Source: Eukaryota sp. TZLM1-RC (Eukaryota > Protista > Metamonada: BaSk clade). From it: a stretch of 64,000 nt of DNA. The position numbers were made by a program, and so were the translations under genes. Under the pieces are notes generated by a model. The model did not search any database and was not told the origin of the DNA. It was given only the letters and a program-made list of their open reading frames with translations. Shown in pieces: positions 22,801 through 35,690 of the stretch (position 1 is the first letter of the stretch; each line of letters opens with the position of its first letter). The stretch lies in NCBI GenBank assembly GCA_040285825.1, contig JAUPSS010000004.1:4617784-4681783 (forward strand), written 5' to 3'.

Positions 22801-25800
22801 AGTCACAAATGACTTGATGAAAGCTTCCCCCTGTTTAGAAAGAGAACACTGAGAAACTGGATCAGAAGAGACTAATGATTGAACAATAGCGGTAACAAGG
22901 TCATTAAGCGTTGACTTAATTTCAATGTTGTTCCCAATTGTAGAGATAGAAGATACCTCGGAATCAGCCATGAAATCAAATATTTTGAGGTAATCAGCAC
23001 TCACAAGAGCGTATTCAAAAGCACAGTAAACATCACAGTAATTTTGATAATCATAATTAATAAACGAACAGAGGACTTCAGATTCAAATCACAAGAAAAT
23101 TCTAATTAAAGAGCCGTGAACTGTATCCTTTGGTAACAAAAGAGCCAAATCTGCTTCTAGTAATGCTTTAGCCAATTCACATGAATCATCCACATCAAGA
23201 ATTACAGGCAAAACATCAACATAAAACTCTTTAAGTTTGGCAAAGAAATTGGCAACAGAGATGTAGGGAACGTCGATCAGAATATCAAGAACTTGCAATG
23301 CCTTGTTTTTTGGAAGGGAAACTACTACGCAAGCTACTATATCAGGACTCTCACTATCTATACATTGGTTGATCGTGGGTTGGATGACTTCCAAAATTTC
23401 ATATACTTTTGGTTCATAAATGATGACAAAATCAGCTAAACGATTGAAAATGTAGATAATCCGATCGCCAAAACCCCCATATTCCTTGAAAATCTTCTCT
23501 ACTATGGGTTTAATGTCAGCAAGCAAAACATCCAAGCCAGAACCTGATTCTTCCCAATTAGAGAAAACTGGAACCAATTCGTTTAAGAAAATATCAATAG
23601 AATCAGCAACTGTTTGCAAGAAAGGGATTGGGGAATCTGAAAGAGAAGTTTGACTATCAATTAACTCCTGAATGACACCTGAAATCACACAAAGGAGTGG
23701 CTCAGTAGAGTCGATGCACTTGGGGAGGATTGATGATGTAAAAGTATTGGTAAATTCTTCAATCATTGCTACATAAGCGAGATACGTACAAGCAGTGCGG
23801 GATTGATCAAGTGCAAAATTAATTATGGAAGACTCTTTACCAAATAAACGGTGAATAATTGTTTCGAATTCATCAATACGAGCACAAAAGCCTTTTTGAG
23901 CCTCTGGTTCCTTTAAAAAGAAGTTGCCAAGATCAATTAAGGTTTCAACTGCATCAGGAATTAGAGGGAATTCAACCTCCCTCAATGGATCGGCCACGTG
24001 TACCTTCAGGTCAGGTGATTTAAGTTCAAAGCACGAAGATGGACTGGCAGAGTACATGCAATCCATAAAAAACAATGTAATGCCAACAAAGTTGTGGAAA
24101 ATTTGGAAAATTTCGTTTTCGTTATTACAAATGGAGGTGTGGGCTTCATTCCAAAAGCGTACAAAAGGAGCAAATCTTTCAGGCAAAAGGTTAACCAGTC
24201 TTGTAGGGAAATAACTAAACTCACAAACAGTTTCGGAATATTCAAAACAAGCAAAATCTTTGATCCAATAACCAACATTGGTGAAGTTCATTAGGTTTTT
24301 GATGAGATAAGCCTCGTCCAGTGCCTTCATCACGGCTAGCATTGGTTCTGGGTTCTTACAATAACTAATATCATTATTAGTGGCTTTGTCATTGAGATGT
24401 ACAATGGTGGAAATAAGATTGGTTAAAGAAGCTACGTGTTCGTTTGAAGCAGATTTGGCTTCTTCCTGGAACCTGTCAAGAGCGTCATTTAAAATGCGGG
24501 AAAGCAAGGCATTTTCTACAAAAGGTTCAAAAAAACAACATTCCCCAGGTCCATCATTTGGGAAGCAATGGTCTGGGAAATCAGCATTAATTTTCTCATA
24601 GTCGTTATAGCATTTTTCGTCCACTAGTACATCACGATTTTCGTAAACATAAGGGAGACTGGATGAAAAATACAAACTTAGAGTCTTATAAAAAACTTGC
24701 AAACGTTCCGTCCAAGACTCAAAACCTCTGGAATTTTCAGCTACAGAGACCAAGTACTGTGCTTCAGAGGTATAACCAGGGCGATCAGTCGGGGCAAACA
24801 AATTTCCAAGTAATTGGTTGAGATTATATCCTTCTATTTGAGAAGAGACTTCAATGAAGGTTAAGATAGCAACATGAGTGGCATAATTCACAGCTAGATC
24901 TTCCAAAGTTTCAACAATTGCAACATCGGAAATGATGACTCCATCAAAAAGTGGTTTTATTGTCTCAAGCGTGTCATAAAACGCTTCGAAATCTCTGGTG
25001 TAGGCGAGGTCCACAACAGCAGTGCCCATAGTGACAATGGTACGGCTTTGGGAATCATGAGGAACCGAATACAACACTTCAAATAGTTGTACCCAAGATG
25101 TAAAGAGAAGTTGTTGTTCAGAGTCCATGATGACAGAAAGTTGGTTAAGGATATCCATAGCAACAGAGACACCGGATTCAGGAAGGGAGAAGAGGGTGTC
25201 CATCAAGCGCTTTGCATCTAGTACTTCATTGAGTTCATCATAACCAGAGAGGAAGGAACGTAATACAGATGAAAGAAAGTAAAGATCGGTATCAGCAAAC
25301 AAAGCATCAGCCACATTGACAATGCGTTCTACACCTGTGAGATCGCCTGGAGACGAAAACTCATTGAGGGCAGACAGGATGTGAGAAACAGAAAAGAGGC
25401 CAATCTCAACATCCCCAAATGCATTGTTGACATAGGTGGCGAGGTCTTCATTGAAGCGATAAAGGAAATCTTCCAAATTTTCTTTTTCAACTTCTTTTGA
25501 GAGGAATTTTGTTAGTGGCTCAATAAGGTCAACAACTCCTTCATAATTGATAGAGTGACAGTACACTCCTTTGAAAAGGATGGACATGGTATCAATTATC
25601 TTGACCTTGCTTTCTTGAAGATGAATGAATGTGGCAACGACATTTTCAGCGGGAATACAATTCAATATCTTCCATTGGAAAAGATAGGTTTCCTCTTTGA
25701 GCAACTTGAGACCAGAAATTGAAAGGATGCGATCAAGTGCAGAATCGTCAAGGACAGAGATGATGTTATCCACAGTGGCAGTGAGGAGCTCTGGTTCAAT

Positions 25801-26274
25801 GGAAGTAACGAACTCAATTGCTGTTGTGGCGAAGGTATCTTTGAACAGAGAAGGCAGACTTGCGGGAAGGAACTCGATCAATGATTTTATGTCATTGACA
25901 TCACTCTCATAGAAAGTGGCAACGAAGTGTCGGATATCTTTTACTGTAAGCAACATCATGGAAGGACATCCTTCAGGGGAAGCGGAACAGTCTTCATCAA
26001 CAGCTTGTAGGAGAAGCTCGATTGGATTGCCATCCTCCTTTTGAATTGTTGAAAGACTTTTGAGGAAAGACAGACCACGGCGATTGATCAATGAGTCGAT
26101 CAACTGATTGCTGGCTGACCAAACGACAGAACCTCTCTCTAGGTTTCCACGGGCTGAAAACCTAGCATTGTGACACGTGGATATGTCCGTATCTCCCTGA
26201 ACCGTGAGACCATGACTGTTGGCCAAGGCTGTGGCCAGTAGACATGCAAGAAACGATAGAGCGAACAGTTTCAT
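19867..26274 (-). CDS. ~2,135-aa surface protein: signal peptide, long helical Cys-containing region, REJ-like modules, GAIN/GPS, single TM (disrupted in this assembly)
   Basis: MKLFALSFLACLLATALA; REJ-like LVLRPNVL, GSLQVSPTSG, LPPG; GPS CSFWD...WSTEG...CKTAHLTSFA; one TM. TGA at 23089 (AGA in copy 2), frameshifts near 21811 and 20365. Confidence 0.82.
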
Positions 26275-26383
26275 CTACAATCAGAAACGTAAAGAGTAAA
26301 ATACCAAACACAAGAATGAGACAAAAAATGTATTGATCCGATAAAAATGTCCAACGCAATTTTTTGAAAATTTGAACTCAGAT

Positions 26384-26687
26384 ATGCTCATCTCTTGGTG
26401 TGAAAGATTTCGATGGATTATACTGTTCTATTGGAGTCTTCTCCTGATCATAGCACTGTCGTTGATTGGATCATATATTGAAAATATCACCACAAGTTCT
26501 TCCACTCCTGGATTGGCATCTTCCTCAGTACTAAGCATTTATCTTCACACACGTAAGCCAACTGCCAAATTTGACATTGTTGATGACGATAGTGTCTCTG
26601 TGTTTTTCGATGAACTCAACAATCAGCTTCACAACCTCACCAACCAAATATCATCAACCTATTGGTACCATTCTACAATAGAAAGGG
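26384..26687 (+). pseudogene. Truncated 5' copy of the MMPL-like gene
   Basis: Nearly identical to 32136-32439 and cut at the duplication junction. Confidence 0.85.
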
Positions 26688-29600
26688 TATACCGGAACAG
26701 TTGCTTCAACAGCAGAAGATTGGTCACCAATGGAATTCTCGACTTGTCCAATTAGTCTAACTTGATAGTTGTCTTGAGGTAATCCAGGAGGTAATCTTGT
26801 CGTAATTAGATTCCTTGTGGTACTTCTCCAAAGTGGCAGAAGAGTATCATTACGACGTATAAACCAATGGTAAACAACTCCTTCATCAGCTCCAAGGTGT
26901 TCAACTTCGAATCTGTGGGACAGCGAATATCCAGAAGTGGGAGAAACTTGTAGAGATCCCGCCTTGGGGAGTGGACTTGATGTGAGAGTAATTGAGCTGG
27001 AAATGTATTCACCAAAAGCAGTTTCTGCTGTGAGAGTAAAAACCACCGAAACTTCTGGTTGCAAGACATTGGGTCTCAATACCAGAGTCCTTCTGTTCGT
27101 TGGTGTAAGGAGGTTCTCTTCAATCAAAACATCAGGATTCGCAGTCCAAGCAAGTGACTCAATATTACCAGTTACTCGGCCAGACAGGTTGATTCTGTTA
27201 GATCGAATAATGGGGAGGACAATTGGGTCAATAGAAACAGAAACAGATTCCTCAGTTGCAAGAGCCTTGATTAAAAATTCCGCATATGCCGTTTGATCAG
27301 ATTCAGAATGTGTAACAAATACAGTGACGATGGATTCACCTGCTTCAAAGGTACCATTAGGAACTTCTACTTGGGCTTCGGTTTGTGCATCAAAGAAGGA
27401 TGAGCAGGCAGTTCTATTACAAGACCAAGAATAGTCAACATTGGGGAGATTAGAAGCAATCTGGAGCTTGATAGTGCTTTGGGTTGAGATTACGGCAGAG
27501 TTTCCATGAGGAAACGACAGTAAAAGAGGTGGAGACTCAATTTCGATTGATTTAGAAATGGTTTTTTCAAGACTTTGCTCTACACCATTAACAATAACAA
27601 TGACTTCCACGTCCAACTCAAACACATGAGTACCAGGAGTGACAAGATCAGCAGGAACAACTACCCTAGACCGATTTGAAGAGGGTAGAGGGGTCAGAGA
27701 AGACCATTTGAAGGTTCTTGTCACGATGCTAAAAGTGTCACAAGTGATGATTCTTGAATCTCCGATCAAAGTAATAGGAGAATAGGCCTGTTCTGAGCTC
27801 AAAATCTTAATATCGATCATCAATTCCAGGGGAGAAGACTTGACCCGCACAGTCATGACTTCTGAAGACTTCCAGTTCATAAAGGTTCGATGCGTGAACC
27901 ATAAGTCAAACTTTGATAGTGAGGGATCAAGAGATAATATTTCTGTAGGGATGAGGATTGATTTGTCAGAAATTGAAGAAGGCAACTGGTCAATAAGCTG
28001 TTTGGAAAACATTGACTTGACAACGGCAAATGCTCCAGATGTCAGTAACCGAGCATTGGCAGATACAACAAACCTTTCCAATTTCTCATCAATAGATAGT
28101 TGTGAATCTTGAGTGAAGAGGTCAAAGTTTGATTGGCCAAAGACTGAGATGAATTCACAAGACAATTGTTGGAGAAGATGCTTAAACTCAAATTCATTTG
28201 TAACAATCTCTCCATGTCTGTTGAGTGACCAAAGTAAACCATTTGAAAGTCTTGTTAGGAACGAAACGCCATTACAAGGATTGGTGATGAAGCTGAACAC
28301 GTGCATTGACACTCCACGATGTTGGAAATGATCCACGTACTGCTCCACCAAGTGTGAGTTTGCAGACAGGGATAGAGAAATGAGAGAAAAAGTACACAAC
28401 CCATGCTGAGATTGACAACTAGGCTCATAAAGGAGATATTCATGATCTTCAATAAACGAGAAGAACTGAAGATGCGAATACAAAGGATGGAAATCTTCAT
28501 CTAAACAATCATAAGCGACCTTGTGATGTGCTAAAAAAAGGAGAAATGGAGAAGTCACAAATGACTTGATGAAAGCTTCCCCCTTTTTAGAAAGAGAACA
28601 CTGAGAAACTGGATCAGAAGAGACTAATGATTGAACAATAGCGGTAACAAGGTCATTAAGCGTTGACTTAATTTCAATGTTGTTCCCAATTGTAGAGATA
28701 GAAGATACGTCGGAATCAGCCATGAAATCAAATATTTTGAGGTAATCAGCACTCACAAGAGCGTATTCAAAAGCACAGTAAATATCACAGTAATTTTGAT
28801 AATCATAATTAATAAACGAACAGAGGACTTCAGATTCAAATCTCAAGAAAATTCTAATTAAAGAGCCATGAACTGTATCCTTTGGTAACAAAAGAGCCAA
28901 ATCTGCTTCTAGTAATGCTTTAGCCAATTCACATGAATTATCGACATCAAGAATTACAGGCAAAACATCAACATAAAACTCTTTAAGTTTGGCAAAGAAA
29001 TTGGCAACAGAGATGTAGGGAACGTCGATCAGAATATCAAGAACTTGCAAGGCCTTGTTTTTTGGAAGGGAAACTACTACGCATGCTACTATATCAGGAC
29101 TCTCACTATCTATACATTGGTTGATCGTGGGTTGGATGACTTCCAAAATTTCATATACTGTTGGTTCATAAATGATCACAAAGTCAGCTAAACGATTGAA
29201 AGTGTTAATAATCCAATCGCCAAAACCCCCATATTCCTTGAAAATCTTCTCTACTATGGGTTGAATGTCAGCAAGCAAAACATCCAAGCAAGAACCTGAT
29301 TCTTCCCAATTAGAAAAAACTGGAACCAATTCGTTTGAGAAAATATCAATAGAATCAGCAACTGTTTGCAAGAAAGGGATTGGGGAATCTGAAAGAGAAG
29401 TTTGACTATCAATTAACTCCTGAATGACACCTGAAATCACACAAAGGAGTGGCTCAGTAGAGTCGATGCACTTGGGGAGGATTGATGATGTTAAAGTATT
29501 GGTAAATTCTTCAATCATTGCTACATAAGCGAGATACGTACAAGCAGTGCGGGATTGATCAAGTGCAAAATTAATTATGGAAGACTCTTTACCAAATAAA

Positions 29601-32025
29601 CGGTGAATAATTGTTTCGAATTCATCAATACGAGCACAAAAGCCTTTTTGAGCCTCTGGTTCCTTTAAAAAGAAGTTGCCAAGATCAATTAAGTTTTCAA
29701 CTGCATCAGGAATTAGAGGGAATTCAACCTCCCTCAATGGATCGGCCACGTGTACCTTCAGGTCAGGTGATTTAAGTTCAAAGCACGAAGATGGACTGGC
29801 AGAGTATATACAATCCATAAAGGACAATGTAATGCTAACAAAGTTGTGGAAAATTTGGAAAATTTCGTTTTCGTTATTACAAATGGAGGCGTGGGCTTCA
29901 TTCCAAAAGTGTACAAAAGGAGCAAATCTTTCAGGCAAAAGGTTAACCAGTCTTGTAGGGAAATAACTAAACTCACAAACAGTTTCGGAATATTCAAAAC
30001 AAGCAAAATCTTTGATCCAATAACCAACATTGGTGAAGTTCATTAGGTTTTTGATGAGATAAGCCTCGTCCAGTGCCTTCATCACGGCTAGCATTGGTTC
30101 TGGGTTCTTACAATAACTAATATCATCATTAGTGGCTTTGTCATTGAGATGTACAATGGTGGAAATAAGATTGGTTAAAGAAGCTACGTGTTCGTTTGAA
30201 GCAGATTTGGCTTCTTCCTGGAACCTGTCAAGAGCGTCATTTAAAATGCGGGAAGACAAAGCATTTTCTACAAAAGGTTCAAAAAAACAACATTCCCCAG
30301 GTCCATCATTTGGGAAGCAATGGTCTGGAAAATCAGCATTAATTTTCTCATAGTCGTTATAGCATTTTTCGTCCACTAGTACATCACGATTTTCGTAAAC
30401 ATAAGGGAGACTGGATGAAAAATACAAACTTAGAGTCTTATAAAAAACTTGCAAACGTTCCGTCCAAGACTCAAAACCTCTGGAATTTTCAGCTACAGAG
30501 ACCAAGTACTGTGCTTCATAGGTATAACCAGGGCGATCAGTCGGGGCAAACAAATTTCCAAGTAATTGGTTGAGATTATATCCTTCTATTTGAGAAGAGA
30601 CTTCAATGAAGGTTAAGATAGCAACATGAGTGGCATAATTCACAGCTAGATCTTCCAAAGTTTCAACAATTGCAGCATCGGAAATGATGACTCCATCAAA
30701 AAGTGGTTTTATTGTCTCAAGCGTGTAATAAAACGCTTCGAAATCTCTGGTATAGGCGAGGTCCACAACAGCAGTGCCCATAGTGACAATGGTACGGCTT
30801 TGGGAATCATGAGGAACCGAATACAACACTTCAAATAGTTGTACCCAAGATGTAAAGAGAACTTGTTGTTCAGAGTCCATGATGACAGAAAGTTGGTTAA
30901 GGATATCCATAGCAACAGAGACACCGGATTCAGGAAGGGAGAAGAGGGTGTCCATCAAGCTCTTTGCATCTAGTACTTCATTGAGTTCATCATAACCAGA
31001 GAGGAAGGAACGTAATACAGATGAAAGAAGGTAAAGATCGGTATCAGCAAACAAAGCATCAGCCACATTGACAATGCGTTCTACACCTGTGAGATCGCCT
31101 GGAGACGAAAACTCATTGAGGGCAGACAGGATGTGAGAAACAGAAAAGAGGCCAATCTCAACATCCCCAAATGCATTGTTGACATAGGTGGCAAGGTCTT
31201 CATTGAAGCGATAAAGGAAATCTTGCAAATTTTCTTTTTCAACTTCTTTTGAGAGGAATTTGCCAGTGGCTCAATAAGGTCAACAACTCCTTCATAATTG
31301 ATAGAGTGACAGTACACTCCTTGGAAAAGGATGGACATGGTATCAATTATCTTGACCTTGCTTTCTTGAAGATGAATGAATGTGGCAACGACATTTTCAG
31401 CGGGAATACAATTCAATATCTTCCATTGGAAAAGATAGGTTTCCTCTTTGAGCAACTTGAGACCAGAAATTGAAAAAATGCGATCAAGTGCAGAATCGTC
31501 AAGGACAGAGATGATGTTATCCACAGTGGCAGTGAGGAGCTCTGGTTCAATGGAAGTAACGAACTCAATTGCTGTTGTGGCGAAGGTATCTTTGAACAGA
31601 GAAGGCAGACTTGCGGGAAGGAACTCGATCAATGATTTTATGTCATTGACATCACTCTCATAGAAAGTGGCAACGAAGTGTCGGATATCTTTTACTGTAA
31701 GCAACATCATGGAAGGACATCCTTCAGGGGAAGCGGAACAGTCTTCATCAACACCTTGTAGGAGAAGCTCGATTGGATTGACATCCTTCTTTTGAATTGT
31801 TGAAAGACTTTTGAGGAAAGACAGACCACAGCGATTGATCAATGAGTCGATCAACTGATTGCTGGCTGACCAAACGACAGAACCTCTCTCTAGGTTTCCA
31901 CGGGCTGAAAACCTAGCATTGTGACACGTGGATATGTCCGTATCTCCCTGAACCGTGAGACCATGACTGTTGGCCAAGGCTGTGGCCAGTAGACATGCAA
32001 GAAACGATAGAGCGAACAGTTTCAT
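26688..32025 (-). pseudogene. Second, 3'-truncated copy of the REJ surface protein (lacks GAIN and TM)
   Basis: ORFs 31081-32025 and 26654-31228; frameshift near 31260; ends at the duplication junction. Confidence 0.8.
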
Positions 32026-32135
32026 CTACAATCAGACACGTAAAGAGTAAAATACCAAACACAAGAATGAGACAAAAAATGTATTGATCCGATAAAAATG
32101 TCCAACGCAATTTTTTTGAAAATTTGAACTCAGAT
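32026..32135. promoter_or_regulatory. Putative 110-bp bidirectional promoter (also duplicated at 26275-26383)
   Basis: Divergent ATGs at 32025 (-) and 32136 (+). Confidence 0.5.
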
Positions 32136-34362
32136 ATGCTCATCTCTTGGTGTGAAAGATTTCGATGGATTATACTGTTTTATTGGAGTCTTCTCCTGAT
32201 CATAACACTGTCGTTGATTGGATCATATATTGAAAATATCACCACAAGTTCTTCCACTCCTGGATTGGCATCTTCCTCAGTACTAAGCATTTATCTTCAC
32301 ACACGTAAGCCAACTGCGAAATTTGACATTGTTGATGACGATAGTGTCTCTGTGTTTTTCGATGAACTCAACAATCAGCTTCACAACCTCACCAACCAAA
32401 TATCATCAACCTATTGGTACCATTCTACAATAGAAAGGGGTCTTTCCATGCTGTCTCAATATTTTGTATCATCTGACAACAATGCAATGATCTTCCTTGC
32501 CCTTTTTAGCGACTTCTCTCCAAGTAAATCATTTTACTCTGATTTGGAACAATTTGTACTTACTCATCCTGTTTCAACAGATTACAACGTTCATATTCTT
32601 GATGAAAATCAGCTCTTTACAGATTTCCTACAAGCCATCATCTCTGATGTTATGAAGGTTATTCTGTTAGTCTTGCCGCTTTGTGTGCTGGTTCTGATTC
32701 TTTTTATGAAATGTCTACTGTTTGTTGTGGCCCCCATCATTGTTATCACGATATCTCTGACCATGACATTAGGCTTTTCCTATTTTATCAGCGTTCATTA
32801 CCCGATTAGTGCATATGTGCTCATCTTCCAAGTTGCTCATCTTCTTTCGTTTTCATTATCCCTCAATTATTCTCTCATTATAATGTCTCGACTATCAGAG
32901 AGTGCTACTGATCTCCATTCATCTCTATCCCATGCCTTCTACAATGGAGGAGTTACCATCTCTGTTTCTTCATCTACATTGTTCGCCTCATTATTGGCTC
33001 TGGCGGTACTTGGGGGTCAGCAGCTTCGAGGCATGGCGATGTCCTGTATTGTTGTACTTGTGTTTGTGCTGATGGCCTGCTTTACCTTTCTTCCATGTTT
33101 CTTCTTTACTTTCCATCGCTTCTTGCCATCCAATGGTGAGTCTATAAATTTTCATAGTTGGTCAAAGTGCCCGTTTATAGAAAAGCTTACTACCATTCTT
33201 GTTTCAAAGAATTGGATCTCCGTTACTGCTGTTGCATGTATAGCTGCTCTTTTCATACCATCTGTAATCAACCTGCGTAATCTTGAACTAACTGTGGATG
33301 TTTCTGAAGTATTTCCCTCCAATGTTGAATCGTCAGTGGCTATTCAATCAATGTCTGATCAGTTTTTGCCTGGGTTATAGTCCCCGTTTACTATTTTTGT
33401 CAGAGTTTCTGATCTTGCCACCACTGAGTTCTTTGATCATTGTCTCAATTTGACCAGAAAAATCAACACAGAGACTAACCAACAACACTCTATTTCACTC
33501 TGCAACATTGGTAATATTGAAATTGACTATGATTTGGCTAGGTTTTTGCTATATGGTGAACCTGAATTAGAGTTTATGAGGTCTTTGGCAGAACTTTACT
33601 CCATATTGTTTGAGTTACTACATACAGAAAGCGGAACTTCCATGCTGATTATTGCTGATTTTGATCCGTGGACTGATGAATCCATTCCCTTCATCAAAGA
33701 AGTGCGTTCTTTCATTTCGGAGTCATCTTCCGTGAACATCACTTCCCGCATCACTGGTGTAGGAGTGTCTAATGTTGATTCTGCCGCTAAGGCCACCAGA
33801 GAGTTTCCTTTGCTAATCTTTTGTACGTTTCTACTAGTAAGCATCATCTTTGTAATAATCTTCAGATCTGTCATTTTGCCAATTATTTTGCTCCTCAATA
33901 TGAGCTTTGTTATTGCATCAGTACTTGGAATAGCTGTTTTTTTTAGATCACCTCAGTGTTACCAACAAAATGTTCTGGATGGTTCCTGTTCTTTGTTTCA
34001 CCGTTTTGACAGGTCTCTCTTTAGACTATGATTTGTTTTTGGCTTTGAGAATATTTGAATTACGGAAACAAGGCAAGACATTGAAAACATCCATCACCCA
34101 GGGATGTAGTACTTCCTTTTCTGTGGTCAATGCAGCTGCTTTGATTCTCTTCTTCTGTTTTGGAGGTTTGCTATTCTCTTCTATTAACATCGCTGTTGTC
34201 TTTGGATTTGTTTTGTCGATATCAATAATAATTGATGGTTTTGTCGTCAGGACAATCATCTTGCCTTGTTCCATCTATCTCATTGGAGATTATTGCTTTT
34301 GGCCTACCAAAATCAGTCATTGCAGTTTACAACTACAACTCCAAGAAGTTGAGCGTCTGTGA
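32136..34362 (+). CDS. MMPL/RND-family multi-pass transporter (one in-frame TAG and one homopolymer frameshift)
   Basis: Two hydrophobic halves; SLSLNYSLIIMSRLSE and GLSLDYDLFLALRIFE; DGFVVRTIILP. The TAG at 33378 is in frame with the downstream ORF. T8 run near 33940. Confidence 0.8.
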
Positions 34363-34789
34363 TTTTCTTTGTCATTGTTGCTTCTTTTAGAAAGAAGAGT
34401 AGTTAAAAAGATGATTTTGCTTGGAATGTCTGGTTTCAGGAATCCCTCAAAACAGCAAATGGTCTCGATTATTTAGGATGTGAAGTGAAACTTTAGTCGT
34501 AAAACATTAAAATGGAATGTTGATCTTTTATATTTTGAATTCTATGTTGAAATTTTGTTGCGTATTTAGGAATTTTTTTCAATAAAACAAGTTGTTTGAA
34601 CACCACAATTTGAAGTGCCACACCTTTCCCAACATTGTCATCCACTTGCTCACTACTTATTTTCATTAAGCCTAGTCATCAGTAATAAAATTTTGTCCCC
34701 CATTTTTTTCATACAAATGCTTCAAAAATAGACTCAGCAATAAATTCAAATTTTGCGTTCAATTTTTATTTTTTTTATTCAATCAAGCT

Positions 34790-35110
34790 TTCATCTAAAA
34801 GAGCAGCACAAAATTGAAGACTTTGTAAATATACCTTCTCCAATCATTGCTGCAGAAAATACATGTGATTTTCTACATTCCTGATTTACATGGAGTAAAT
34901 CAGTACAGAATAATGTAACGGATCTAGAAAAACAAATGCTACGAAAGGAGCACAAGATTTCCGAAATTTGGGTCATTCTCCCAAAATGACAAATTTTTCA
35001 AATATCAAAAATTAAAAAAGTTTTTCTCAATCCAATCACCTTCGATTTTCATTTCTTACATAAAACCCTGTTATTCATTCAAAATTAGAGACACATTTTC
35101 CCACCAACAA
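34790..35110 (-). mobile_element. Highly decayed retrotransposon internal relic
   Basis: HVFSAAMIGEGIFTKSSILC matches HVFCSADLGGIGFTKSSILC of family B. Confidence 0.65.
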
Positions 35111-35180
35111 CAATGAAGTTTGAATTAAATAGTGATCAATCAGTCAAACAATGGAGGTATTGTATTTTACAATTGTATTA

Positions 35181-35690
35181 TTAATCTAGCTGTGATTTCC
35201 ATTCGAAATCCATACTCTCTCTACTCTTTCCGCAATAAATCCGCATTTTTGATTTTCCTTTTTCAATGAATAACCCTCCTATCACACTTGACAATAATTC
35301 ACATCCTTCTCCTGATGCCGTTACCTCAATGGCATTTTCTGATGATGCCCCAACAATTGTTGAATACAAAATAGGGTGAGTTGTAGGGTTTTAAATTTCG
35401 CCAGCCAGAATGATTAAAAATGTGGGCCAGATTGTTGGACATGTGTGTCTGTAAAACATAATTGATGATTTCCACATAATCAGTATGTTCATTATTGGAA
35501 CAATAATCTTGCACTTTTTTCAATAATCCAAAAAACATCTCAATTGGATTCATCTCGGGACAATACGGGGGAAGTATTCTATATTGTACTTCTGTCCGTC
35601 GCATTGCTTCATTAATAAATGGATGTTTATGTATTTTACAACCATCTAAAACAATTATTGAGCTTCTACCTCCTGCTGTTTTTAGTAAAC
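35181..35690 (-). mobile_element. C-terminal fragment of an IS630/Tc1 (DD34E) transposase
   Basis: IIVLDGCKIHK...LPPYCPEMNPIEMFF, with 34 residues between D and E. The N-terminus is missing at the family C junction. Confidence 0.8.

Larger units (their letters stand above)
20937..32439. repeat. Direct tandem duplication, 2 x ~5,751 bp
   Basis: 20937-26687 is repeated at 26688-32439 with scattered substitutions. Junction GAAAGGG|TATACCGG. Confidence 0.95.

Noticed and set aside
33378-33380. Stop-codon reassignment or readthrough (TAG here; TGA at 23089 and 8595)
   Set aside because: TAA, TAG and TGA all end intact genes in this window, and paralogous copies have AGA at both TGA sites. These are point mutations or sequencing errors.
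35181-35690. Fanzor/TnpB associated with the Tc1/IS630 fragment
   Set aside because: No RuvC motifs were recognised nearby; the adjacent ORFs belong to retroelements.
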